Shown here piece after piece: positions 20,539-30,579 of a DNA stretch of 64,000 nt (the first letter of the stretch is position 1; every line of letters begins with the position of its first letter). The notes beneath the pieces were generated by a model, which searched no databases, was not told the origin of the DNA, and saw nothing but the letters and a program-made list of their open reading frames with translations. This DNA is from an uncultured Gemmataceae bacterium (GTDB taxonomy: Bacteria; Planctomycetota; Planctomycetia; Gemmatales; Gemmataceae). The stretch is taken from positions 64,001 through 128,000 of the forward strand of contig CAVVPN010000012.1 of assembly GCA_963750165.1 (NCBI GenBank). The letters are read 5' to 3'. The translations under genes were made by a program, and so were the position numbers.

Positions 20539-20834
20539 CCCCCACACCACACCACGGCCTGACCGTCCGCGACGTGGCCCGCCGCTACCGAGTGGGCGAG
20601 GACAAGGTGCGCGGCTGGATCGCCCGCGGCGAACTGGCCGCCATCAACACCGCCGCCGTGCTCTGCGCCAAGCCGCGCTGGGTCATCCTACCCGAAGCGT
20701 TGGCCGCGTTTGAACAGCGGCGGCGGGGTGGCCCGCCGGCCAAGCCCGTGCCGCGGCGCCGGCGGCCGCAGGGGATGGTGGACTACTACCCCGATAACCC
20801 GTCACCCTCCAAAACAGAGAGGGCCGGCTCATGA
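20535..20834 (+). CDS. Excisionase-family helix-turn-helix protein
   Basis: LTVRDVARRYRVGEDKVRGWIARGELAA; ATGA overlaps at both ends. Confidence 0.8.
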   Translation: MTPTPHHGLTVRDVARRYRVGEDKVRGWIARGELAAINTAAVLCAKPRWVILPEALAAFEQRRRGGPPAKPVPRRRRPQGMVDYYPDNPSPSKTERAGS

Positions 20835-23353
20835 GCACCGCCACCGCCAACGGCGCGCACGTCAACGGCACTGGATACCCGAAGGTCGGCGACGCGGCCC
20901 GGCAACTCGTATCCCGCGGCTTCGCCGTGTGCAAGCCGGACCCTGGTGAGAAGAAGCCTACGTACAAGGGCTGGACTACCCGGTCCCTGACTCCGGAAGA
21001 GTTTTCCCCTGGGGACATGATCGGGGTGATCGGCGGCCCGCTCTCGGATGGCAACCGGCCGGGGCACGCGACCGTCATCGTGGATCTCGATTCGACGGCC
21101 GCGGTCGAGAAGGCCGACGAGTACCTTCCCGAGACCGGCATGGAGGACGGCCGCCCAGGTAAGCTACGGACCCATCGGTTCTACCTGGTCCCCCTGGCAA
21201 CGGTTCCCGAATGGGCGGAGAGCCAGGCCAAGCAAGCCGCCCCCGCCGCCAAAAAGAAGGCGGGGCATACCGGGCCGTTCAAGAAGGCGTTCAAGGACGC
21301 CCAGAGAAAGACCGCCATCGATTTCATAGGCACGGGCGGCCAGGTGGTGGCCCCGCCGAGCGTCTGGACCAACAAGGACGGGACCAGGCAGGAGGTCCGC
21401 GCGTGGGTCGGTGGTGAGCCGGGCGAGCCGGCCGTGGTGCCGTTCCCGGAGTTGTGGGAGGCGGTTTGCAGGTTGGCCGAGGCGTGCGACTGCAAGGCGC
21501 CGGACGTGGGCGAAGCCGGATCGGCTGAAGAATCGGAACCGGAATGGGAACCAACCCCAGACCCGAACCCGGACTCGGCCCCAGAACAGAACGGGCACTC
21601 TTCTTCCGGCACGTTCGTCCTGGTCGCCAGGTCCGAGGCGATGGTCCGGGCGTCGGCGTACCTGGCGAAGATGGACCCCGCCGTTTCCGGACACGACGGG
21701 CACGGCAGTTTGTTCAAGGCCGCCCGCGCCATGGAGCGGGGTTTCGACCTCGGGGTTGACGACGCCTTCGACATCCTCAAGCGCGAATACAACCCGCGAT
21801 GCCAACCGCTGTGGTCCGACGCCGAACTGAGGCACAAGTGCCAGCAGTCGAAAAGCACGCCCTACCGGAAGCCGCGGGGGTGGTTACTCCGGGACGGGTT
21901 TGCCAACTTCCGGGTGGTCATGAAGAAGGTGAAGGACAAGGCCGGCAACGTAGTGAAGGACGAGAGCGGGAAGGACGTGGAGCAAGAGGTCCGCGAGCCG
22001 CTGTCGGTCAACGCGATCCGGGAAAAACTGCTGACGCTGACGGACGGCTGGCCCAGGCGATGCGGCGGCATGCTCTTCGTCGAGGGGGAAGACCACACCC
22101 CATTGTGGCTTACCAAGCCGGACGAACTGTTCGCCTGGGTCAACGGCTGGTTCGACGGCGACCTGAACCGGGTGCTGTGACTCAAGGGGGTGAACTACGT
22201 CACCCAGGCGCAGTTCTTTGCGCACCTGCAGCAGGCCGCCGAGGCGTTCGACGCCGTGGAGGCGTTCCCGCACTACCCGCCGATGCCGCGGACGTACTAC
22301 ATGCACCCGGCCCTTCAGGGCGGAAACGGCGAAGCCCTGCGCCTGCTGCGGCGGCGGTTCAGCCCGTCTTCGTTGGAAGACGGCGACCTGATCCTGGCGT
22401 TCGTGCTCAGCCTGTTCTGGGGGGGCGAGCCGGGGCAACGGCCGGGGTGGATCGTCACGACTCTGGAGGGCGACAGCGGCGGCGGCCGCGGTGTGGGCAA
22501 GACCAAGCTGCCGCTGCTCCTGTCGCGCCTGCGCGGCGGCTGCGTGGCCGCGACCAGCACGGACAGCGCCGCCGACCTGAAGACGCGCCTGCTCTCCGTG
22601 GAGGGCATGAGCAAGGCCGTCGTGTTGCACGATAACGTGAAGTCCCACCGCTTCAGCAACGCGGACCTGGAAAGCCTCATCACGGACGACACCGTGAGCG
22701 GCAAGCGGCTGTACAACGGCGAAGGCCGCAGGCCCAACACGATTCACCACGTCATTACCTTGAACGGCGCGTCCTTGTCGAAGGATTTGGCCCAACGGTG
22801 CGTCCCGCTCAAGCTGGCCCGGCCGAAGTGGGATGGGGATTGGGAGCAGGGCACCATCGACCTGATTAACGCCCGGCGCTGGGAGATCATCGGCGACATC
22901 ATCGCGCTGTTGAAGGAGGAGGCCTCCCGAATCAAGACATGCACGCGCTGGGGGCCGTGGGAGCAGGCCATCCTGGCGCGGGTGGGCGACCCGAGCAACT
23001 GCCAGGCGGTCATCACAGAGCGGCAGGGCGAATTCGACGAGGACGCGGCAGAGGCGGACGTGGTCCGGGACGGGTTTGTCGCCGAGCTAAAGCGCCGGGG
23101 ACACAACTCGGAAACCGAAGCTGTGTGGATTCAGGTTCAGGACGTGGCGGTCATTGTGAACGCGGCCACGGGGGAGAAGCGCGTCACGAACAGGGCGACG
23201 GCGTACCTGCGAACACTGACCATCGCCGAGCTGCGGGAGAGCAAAACGGGCAAGGACGGCCGGGGGTGGTTGTGGACCGGCGCCAAGGCTGACCCCAGCG
23301 CCAAGCGCGTCCCGCTTCGGCCCGCCCCCCTCTCCCCTCTCGTCGCCGACTAG
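20831..23353 (+). CDS. Primase-polymerase (Prim-Pol) fused to a P-loop helicase-like domain, interrupted by an in-frame TGA at 22178-22180
   Basis: Prim-Pol motifs KKP...W, VIVDLD, H.FY and GGQVVAPPS; PriCT-like YNPRCQPLWSDAELRHK. The downstream ORF is in the same frame and has Walker A GRGVGKT. Confidence 0.8.
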
Positions 23354-23360
23354 CGGGCCA

Positions 23361-23590
23361 GGTGAGGCGGTGGTGAGGCGGCGGTGACGGTGGTGACGAT
23401 AGTGACGGTCGATTTTCAGCACCTTGTTTTGTCCGAAACAGCTTTGTGGTGACGCTGGTGACGATGGTGACGGTCAAACCCCTTTGTTCCCTTCTCAGAA
23501 ATTTGGAACGAGGCAATGAGAGTAGGGGACAGAAAAGAGTGAAGGTGTAACAGAGGGAAACGACCGTCACCATCGTCACCACCGTCACCA
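23361..23590. repeat. Iteron-like 9-bp-period GGTGACG repeats in direct and inverted blocks (putative replication origin)
   Basis: ggtgacggtggtgacgatagtgacggtc; ggtgacgctggtgacgatggtgacggtc; inverted gaccgtcaccatcgtcaccaccgtcacca; lower-GC spacers. Confidence 0.75.
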
Positions 23591-23671
23591 ACCCCTTGGC
23601 CGGTCTGGGGACAGGGGTAGCCGTAAAAAACGAGGTGGAAGCGTAGCAAGGCGTCACAAGGAGGAGCAGTC

Positions 23672-23824
23672 ATGACCAAGAGCAAAGACAAGGTGGGCAG
23701 CTTCAACTTCGGATTCAACGCCAAGGGGGCCAAGAAGTCCAAGGGCGCCGCCAAGGGCGGCAAGGGTAAGGGTGGGGGCAAGGGCAAGTCCAACGCCTGG
23801 CGCGCCTACACGGGGGGCAAGTAA
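23672..23824 (+). CDS. 50-aa Lys/Gly-rich basic microprotein (not in the ORF track)
   Basis: AAGGAGGAG Shine-Dalgarno; MTKSKDKVGSFNFGFNAKGAKKSKGAAKGGKGKGGGKGKSNAWRAYTGGK; TAATG overlap with the next gene. Confidence 0.75.
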   Translation: MTKSKDKVGSFNFGFNAKGAKKSKGAAKGGKGKGGGKGKSNAWRAYTGGK

Positions 23825-24456
23825 TGGCCCGTTTCAGCCCCCGCCGTACCCACTTCGGCGACCAGCGTGACGCCGACGACGACGGCGCCGACATGCCAAA
23901 GCCAGCCCTGGCCCGGCTGCAAGCCCGGAGAGCGGCAGGTATTCACGAGGCCGCCGAGGTGTTGGAACAACTCCCAGGCCCCGGCGAAAGCCTGCATGCC
24001 ATGGTGACGGCGCGTCTGGACCTGACGGACGTGATCAATGCACTGCTGGAAAAGTTGGGGCGCTGCGACCGGATGCTGGTCGCCACGCTCGGCTACAACC
24101 GCCGCAACCTGCGGACGCTGCTGGCCTGGCTGGACGGGGGAAGGATTGCAGAGTTGCAGCTGGTGGCGTCCATCTTCTTCAGGTCGCACAACGGCGACCT
24201 CTGGGACGAGACGCTCGAAGAATTCCGCAGGCGCAAGCAGCGGGCCGCCTGCTGCCATTCGCACGCCAAGGTGGTGGCCCTGCAGTTCGACAGCGGCGCC
24301 CGCCTCTCCATCGAAGGCAGCGCCAACCTGTGCGGCAACGGCAGCGGGCGCGAGCAGTTCGCGCTCATCAACGACGCCGAACTTTGCTCGTGGCATTCAA
24401 CCTGGATTACAGCCCTGGTGAAGAAGCATGAAGGCCAGAGCGAAGCAGCCGGATAA
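23824..24456 (+). CDS. Phospholipase D-fold (HxK...GSxN) nuclease-like protein
   Basis: CHSHAKVVAL...IEGSANL...REQ motif. Confidence 0.75.
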   Translation: MARFSPRRTHFGDQRDADDDGADMPKPALARLQARRAAGIHEAAEVLEQLPGPGESLHAMVTARLDLTDVINALLEKLGRCDRMLVATLGYNRRNLRTLLAWLDGGRIAELQLVASIFFRSHNGDLWDETLEEFRRRKQRAACCHSHAKVVALQFDSGARLSIEGSANLCGNGSGREQFALINDAELCSWHSTWITALVKKHEGQSEAAG

Positions 24457-26266
24457 GGCGCTGATGCGGCGGCGCGTCGAGGAGATCGTCCGCATCCGCC
24501 TGGACGGAGCGGAGTGGTGGGACTGCTGCGAATATGTGCATGAAAAGGAGCGGGAAGACGGCTCCGCCTGGCACCTGGCCGACGGCGCCAAGCCCTTGAG
24601 CAATGCGTCCTTGCGCCGCTACCTGGCGAAAGCCGACCAGCTGATTGCCGAGAGTTGCCGCGCGTCCCGCAAGAAACTGCTCCGCCGGCACCTGGCCCAG
24701 CGCCGCCACCTGTACGCCAAGGCGGTCAGCCAGGGCGACGTGCGGGCGGCGCTGGCCGCGGCGGCAGGCGTGCCGGAGCGCGTTGAAGAGCTGGCGAAGG
24801 ATTTGCTGGCGCACTTCCTGGCCCGCACGGCGACACTCAAGGGCAAGGCGATGGTGGTGTGCATGACGCGGGCGAACTGCGTCAAGTTGCACAAGGCGCT
24901 GACGGACTTGCCGGGCTGTCCCGAAGTGCGCGTCATCATGACCGGCGACCTCGGCGAAGACCCGCCGGCGTGGAGCGCCGCCGGCCACCTGACGACCAAA
25001 GCTCAGCGCGAGGCGCTGAAGCAGCGCATGATCGACCCGGACGACCCGCTGCAAATCGTGATCGTCTGCGACATGTGGCTGACGGGAACGGACATCCCGT
25101 GTCTGCACACGCTCTACGTCGATAAGCCGATGAAGGGCCACAACATGATCCAGGCGATTTCGCGCGTGAACCGCGTGTTCCGCGACAAGCCGCACGGCCT
25201 GGTGGTGGACTACATCGGCATCGCCGACGAGCTGCGAGCGGCGACCGCTCAGTACACGCAGGGCGGCGGCCAGGGCGAGCCGGCGAAGGATGTGGAGAGG
25301 GACGCGCGGCCGCTGTTCCTGGAGTGTTTGGAGGCGGTGCGCGGCCTGCTGCCGGAGGGCCAGGATTACGGCGCCTGGCGGGCGCTGCCGCCGATCGGGT
25401 TGGATGACCTGTACGCGCTGGCTTACGGCCACCTGGCGGCGGAAACGGCGCTGCGCGACCAGTTTTTGCAGGCGGAAATGCGGTTGTCGGTGGCGTACCT
25501 GTTGGTCAAGCACCTCGACGATTGCCTGGACTTCGCGGATGAGGTGATTTTCTACCAGCGGACGCGCAAGCAGATTGTGAAGACCCTGCCGGGAACGCAC
25601 CCGCCGCGGGAGTTGGAGCAAGCGGTGCGCGACCTGGTGGACGACTCGGTGGCGTCCACGGGCGTGGTGGACATTTTCAAGGTGGCGGGCATCGACCAGG
25701 CGGACATTTCCATCCTGGACGACCGCTTCCTGCAAACCTTCAAGGATCATCCGCACCCGGACCTGCGGTTGCAGTTGTTGACCAAGCTGTTGCAGGATGC
25801 GATTACCCTGCGCCGCCGCCGCAACCTGGCGCAAGCGCGGTCATTCCAGGAGTTGCTTGAGCAGACCTTGCAGCGCTACCACAACCGACTGATCGACGCC
25901 GCGGCGGTGATCCAGGTGTTGCTGGACATCCGCAAAGACATGGAAGCGGCCGACGCGCGAGCCGAGGCGCTGGGCCTGGAACCGGAGGAACTAGCGTTCT
26001 ATGACGCGGTGGCGGCGCAGTACGGCAGTCTTTACGAGCCGACGTTTCTGCGTGACCTGATCCACCAGGTAGTGCAGACGATTCGGAAGAACCTGAAAGT
26101 GGACTGGACCGAGGGGCACCGTGAGGACGTGAAGGCGGCGGTGAAGGCCGCCGTCAAGCGCGTGCTGCGAAAGCAGGGCGTGCGCGAGGAAGACCTGGAG
26201 CCGTTTCTTGACAAGTTGATCGAGCAGGCAGAGGCGCTGTTCAAGCACTGGCCGGTGGCGGCGTGA
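24428..26266 (+). CDS. Chimeric ORF: about 110-aa element protein fused to the C-terminal half of a type I restriction subunit HsdR
   Basis: After about 24760 the protein shows KAMVVCMTR, IVIVCDMWLTGTDIPCLHTLYVDKPM, QAISRVNR and GLVVDYIG, then the DUF3387-like ELAFYDA...VDWT. The nuclease domain and Walker A/DEAH are absent. Confidence 0.85.
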   Translation: MKARAKQPDKALMRRRVEEIVRIRLDGAEWWDCCEYVHEKEREDGSAWHLADGAKPLSNASLRRYLAKADQLIAESCRASRKKLLRRHLAQRRHLYAKAVSQGDVRAALAAAAGVPERVEELAKDLLAHFLARTATLKGKAMVVCMTRANCVKLHKALTDLPGCPEVRVIMTGDLGEDPPAWSAAGHLTTKAQREALKQRMIDPDDPLQIVIVCDMWLTGTDIPCLHTLYVDKPMKGHNMIQAISRVNRVFRDKPHGLVVDYIGIADELRAATAQYTQGGGQGEPAKDVERDARPLFLECLEAVRGLLPEGQDYGAWRALPPIGLDDLYALAYGHLAAETALRDQFLQAEMRLSVAYLLVKHLDDCLDFADEVIFYQRTRKQIVKTLPGTHPPRELEQAVRDLVDDSVASTGVVDIFKVAGIDQADISILDDRFLQTFKDHPHPDLRLQLLTKLLQDAITLRRRRNLAQARSFQELLEQTLQRYHNRLIDAAAVIQVLLDIRKDMEAADARAEALGLEPEELAFYDAVAAQYGSLYEPTFLRDLIHQVVQTIRKNLKVDWTEGHREDVKAAVKAAVKRVLRKQGVREEDLEPFLDKLIEQAEALFKHWPVAA

Positions 26267-26273
26267 ACGGAAC

Positions 26274-26309
26274 GGAAAGGCAGGGGCGGGCGCCCGCCCC
26301 TGCCTTTCC
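26274..26309. terminator. Perfect 36-bp palindrome between convergent genes
   Basis: ggaaaggcaggggcgggcgcccgcccctgcctttcc. Confidence 0.7.
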
Positions 26310-26316
26310 TTCGCCG

Positions 26317-26640
26317 CTATCCCGCCAATGCCCCGGCGACCTCGCCGAACGCCAGGGCGCGGCGAACCCGATCCGGAGGGATGTCGCGGACGGAGAACCA
26401 CAATCCTTTGCGGGACCGCCGCAGCCAGCGCCGCGGCACGGACACTTCCAGGACCACGACCGCTTCGACCCGGCCGCCGCGGCGGCGAACCGTGTGGAGA
26501 GTTGCCCAAGTGGTCTTGTTGGACGTGTGCAGCCAGACCACCTTGAGCCGGCCCTTGCTCTTGGAGCAGAGCAGACCGCTCTTGAGGATGCTGGGCAAAT
26601 TGCGAACCACCGTCGCATGGCGTAACCACATGGGGACCAC
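26317..26640 (-). CDS. Small ADP-ribosyltransferase-fold-like protein
   Basis: LRHAT...NLPSILKSGL...VWL...VVVLEV...IPPDR resembles the DarT/KptA-type HxT..NL.SI...GL signature. Confidence 0.55.
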   Translation of the reverse strand: MVPMWLRHATVVRNLPSILKSGLLCSKSKGRLKVVWLHTSNKTTWATLHTVRRRGGRVEAVVVLEVSVPRRWLRRSRKGLWFSVRDIPPDRVRRALAFGEVAGALAG

Positions 26641-27009
26641 CTTTCGCGCTGGGTGGCAGGGGGTGGGCGTTCCCCCCTACCGTGGTCCCGTGGTTACACC
26701 TTGCCGGCCGCGATCAGCGCGGCCAACCCGTCACTATGCTTGCAATGGCCGTGGCGAGAATGGCCCTTGCACTCGCACGTCCGGTTCGCCCTGTCGATGT
26801 TGACGCTGTAGGCGGACTCCTCCGCCCCCATCTTCTGCACCGTGAAGCCCCGGCCGTAGTCGGCCGGAACCTCGGTCAGCAGGTAGTCGTCCGCCTGCTT
26901 GCCCACGGTGATCCGCACTACGCCGGGGTTGCCCCCCAAGGGCGCCAGCGCCAGACGGATCGATCGGACCGGGTGTCAGCCCCACATTAGTCGGTAACTA
27001 AACGCATCT

Positions 27010-28206
27010 TTAATTGATGTTTCGTTCCCAGAACGCCAGCCACTGGCCGCGGTCGCTCTTGAACAAGGCCCGCAGGTGGCACAGCTCGTCGGTGCCGTCT
27101 TCGCCCCAGCGCATGCCCGCCAACTTCAGGCGCTGGCCCACCACCGTCTTGCAGCCGCTCTCCACCGGGCCGCTGCCGATCTGCCAGCCTTGGGCCAGGT
27201 AGTGCGGGTAATCCATGCGGTGCTGCTGGTTCTCCAGGTAGGTCGTGGCGTCCTGGTACTTCGCGGCGGCGGCCCGGCCCCGCGGCTGGCCCAGCGCCCG
27301 TAACTGCGCCAGGATGCCCGCGCCGCCTTGCCGCTTCATCGTCTGGCACCACGCCTGCGTCAGCGCCTGGCTGGTCTCGGCGTCACCGGGGTGCAGCGCC
27401 AGCGCCAACTCCTCCAGGTAGCCGGCCGCGTGCCAGAAGTCCAGGATCACCACCAGGTCGGCGCGGTTGAAGTTGGTCCGGAAGAAGTCCTCCAGGCCGG
27501 CGCCGCCGTCACTCAGGGCGATCCACACGTCGGCCGCCTCCATGCCCACCTGGCCGGCCTGCTTACGCAGGCGCAGCCCCAACTGGTCCAGGCTCAGCAG
27601 CCCCGCCAGGTATCGCGCTGGCATCGGCGGCTTGGGGGCGCGGCCCGCGGCGTCCGCGGCGGCCTGCGGTTCGGGCACGGGGTTGTAGACCATCGCCACA
27701 TAAGGCATGCGGCCCTCGGCCGCCCCGCCGCCCGGCGCCTGTTGCGGCACGCTGATCGCGTCCGCGGCCACGTAGGCGCAACGCCGGCCGCGCGCGTCGG
27801 CGTGCCACTCCCAGGCCGCCGGCTGGCCCAGCGTGTGCCCCTGCTCCAGGCAGTCGCCCAGGCGCCGGCCGGCCGCCTCCGTGGTGCGCTGGGCGGTGGA
27901 CTCCCCGACGTGCAGGCCGCTCAGTTCCGGCAGGACCTTCTCGGCGGCCTCGGCGAAGCTGTCGGCCAGCAAGCCCGCCAAGCTGACGACGCGCTCCGCG
28001 GCCGGGGTCAGGCGCTGGGCGCTGAGCCCGACCTCCTGGTCCCAGGGGCACAGCCCGGTGGAGCAGCGGTGACAGCAGTAGTAGGCGCGGGTGCAGTGGA
28101 CCGGCCCGAAGAGGCTGAGCGGCTGCCGGTCGCGGTAGCCCTGGAACTCCGCTGCCTGGCCGCAGGTGGGGCAGGGCACGCTGGAGCCCTGGTAGCCCCT
28201 TTTTTT
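27010..28206 (-). pseudogene. ISKra4 transposase, C-terminal (catalytic) part
   Basis: CPTCG...R.YY.C..C zinc ribbon; SDGG, ILDFWHA and IGSGPVESGCK...RLKLAGMRW motifs. Confidence 0.9.
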
Positions 28207-29986
28207 CTAGGACAGCAAAGCCGGCTAGACAGCTAACCTGGGTTTGGGTTACGCTTTAGCGCCCCAACCCGGCTTTGATACGTAATGTAATTTCGTCCCG
28301 CGGTTGGTCCCGTTCGTCACGGAACGTTACCGAGGCGTACCGCGAAAAACGAGTTGCGTAGCAAAGCCCCCCAACCCAGGAGCTTGCCATGGCCAGGAAG
28401 GCGCCCCGCCCCGAACCCACCTTCACCCAACACCTGGACGCCTTGTACCAGGACTGCCCCGCCTGCCACCGACGGATGTGGTCCGACTACCGGAACGACC
28501 GCACCGTCGTCACCCTGCTGGGCCTGACACGGCTGGTGCTCCACATCCGCCGCTGCCACACCGCCGACTGCCCACGCCACCTGCAGCCCTACCGGCCCGA
28601 GGCCGAGGGCCGCCACGCCCTGCCCCAGCACGAGTTCGGCCTGGACGTCATCGCCCACCTCGGCGCCCTCCGCTACGCCGAGCACCGCTCCGTCCCCGAG
28701 ATCCACCAGCACCTGGTCGCCCGGGGCCTGGCCATCGCCGAGCGGACGGTCACCAACCTCCTGGAGCGCTACGACGAACTGCTGGCCGTCACCCTGACCG
28801 ACGCCGGCCGCCTGCGCGGGTTGCTGGCCGCGCAGGGCCGCGTCATCCTGGCCATCGACGGCCTGCAGCCCGACGTCGGCCACGAGGTGCTCTGGGTGTT
28901 GCGCGACTGCCTCTCCGGCACCGTCCTGCTGGCGCGCAGCCTGTTGTCCAGCCGGCAGCAGGACCTGGCCGAACTCATCGGCCAGGTGCGCGACGGCCTG
29001 GCGGTGCCGATCACCGGGGTGGTCTCCGACGGCCAGCACTCCATCCGCAAGGCCGTGGCCGAAGCCTTGCCCGGCGTGCCGCACCAACTCTGCCACTTCC
29101 ACTACCTCCGCGAAGCCGCCCGGCCCATCTACGAGGCCGACCGCCACGCCAAGAAGGAACTCAAGAAGCGCGTCCGCGGCGTGCGGCCCCTCGAGCGCCA
29201 GGTGGAGGGCCGCACCGACCCCGAGGCCCAGGCCATCCAGGGGTACTGCGACGCGGTCCGCAGTGCCGTGACCGACGACGGCCGGCCGCCCCTGGAAGCG
29301 TCCGGGCTGAAACTCCACGACCGCCTGAGCGCCGTGGTGGCCAGCCTGGACGGGGTGGCCGAAAAAAGGGGCTCCCGAAAGAACTCGTCCGGCTGAGGCT
29401 GCTGCTCGTGGCGGCGTTGGCGGCCACGGCGCCGCTGTGGCCCCCGGTGCGCGTGGCCTTCGCCTGGGTCTGGCAGGCGGCGCACCTACTGGGCGAACAC
29501 GGCCCCGGGGTGGCCCCAGCCGTGCGGCAGCGCCTGGGTGGTCTGCTCGGGGCGATGACCCGCCACCGCGGGCTGGTCGGGGCGCTGGCGAGCGGGGTCG
29601 AGCACTTCGTGAAGGTCACCCGGAGCTACTGGCCGGGGCTGTTCCACTGCTACGCCGTCGCGGACCTACCGCGGACGAACAACGACCTGGAGCAGTTCTT
29701 CGGCAGCCATCGCTACCACGAGCGCCGGGCCAGCGGCCGCACGGGGGCGTCCCCGAGTCTGGTGCTCCGTGGGGAGGCCCGCGTGTTGGCGGCCGCGGCG
29801 ACCCGGCAGCACGTCTACACAGCGGAAGAGTTGGCGGAGGCAGACCCGGTCAGGCAGGCGGAACTCCGCCAACACCTGGAGTCCCGCCGCCGCCGCCGAG
29901 TCAACCGCACACGGTTCCGTCGCAATCCCCGGGCGTTCCTCCAACAGTTGGAGGAAAAACTGCTCCAGCCGGCTTTGCTGTCCTAG
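28207..29986 (+). mobile_element. ISNCY-like insertion sequence nested in the ISKra4 element
   Basis: Perfect 20-bp IR ctaggacagcaaagccggct / agccggctttgctgtcctag; T7 tracts on both sides (28200-28206 and 29989-29995). Confidence 0.85.
28389..29986 (+). CDS. Transposase expressed by probable -1 programmed frameshift at A6G4 (about 29362-29371)
   Basis: ORF A has IDGLQP, VVSDGQ and HQLCHFHYL. ORF B, in the -1 frame, has PRTNNDLEQFFG. The stop lies within the right IR. Confidence 0.85.
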
Positions 29987-30579
29987 GGTTTTTTTCTGCA
30001 GGTGGGCGCTGTAGACCTTGGCGGCCACGCGGAGCAAGAGGGCGCGGAGGTCGAACTCGGTTTGCCCGAAGAGGTGGCGCTCGTCCTTGGAGACGAGCAG
30101 GCGGGCCATGTGCAGCAACTCGTCCGCGGCGGCCTCCTGGAACTCCTGGGCGAGTTGTCCGGCTTCGGCTTCCTGTTCGGGGGTGAGGTCCACGCGCATG
30201 GGATGCTCCCGGTCTCAAAAGTGGATTTCTTTCCCATTCGGCCGCTTGGCCGTCTCTGAACAAAAATTCTACCAACTCTGGCAACGCTCACACTCGGACC
30301 GGCTTGCTGCGGGGTTTGCGTTGACGGGCGGCCGCGGTTGCGATAGCGTTCATCTTGCGTTCCTTTCATCAGAAGGAATGCCACGGGCCGGGGTGTTGCT
30401 GCACCGCCGGCCCACTTTCGTAAAGCGAGCCCCGTTTGCCTCTCTCTGGTTGGCGCGGCGGGAACCTTCTGCCCCCCGCGCCCGTGTCGCACCCTTCTTC
30501 GCTGGCTGGCTCTGCCGCTGGCTCGCGTCGTGCCGGCTGACCGCCTGGACTTCTGAGGGCCTGGTTGTCAAAGATCGGC

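Larger units (their letters stand above)
26973..30293 (-). mobile_element. ISKra4-family insertion sequence with 9-bp target duplication
   Basis: TSD tcggaccgg at 26964-26972 and 30294-30302; imperfect IRs gtgtcagc-N8-agtcggta and gtgtgagc-N8-agttggta. Transposase N-part is about 29990-30199 and C-part 27010-28206. Confidence 0.9.
26694..30353 (-). pseudogene. SWIM zinc-finger protein split by an IS: N-part 30294-30353, C-part 26694-26972
   Basis: MNAIATAAARQRKPRSKPVR joins in frame to SIRLALAPLGGNPG...TCECKGHSRHGHCKH across a 9-bp duplication. Confidence 0.85.

Noticed and set aside
24428..26266. Functional type I restriction-modification system
   Set aside because: No hsdM or hsdS, and the HsdR part lacks the nuclease domain and Walker A/DEAH motifs.
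30354..30579. Leader hairpin (gggccggggtgttgctgcaccgccggccc) as a named regulatory RNA
   Set aside because: The hairpin is real, but it cannot be assigned to a family from sequence alone.
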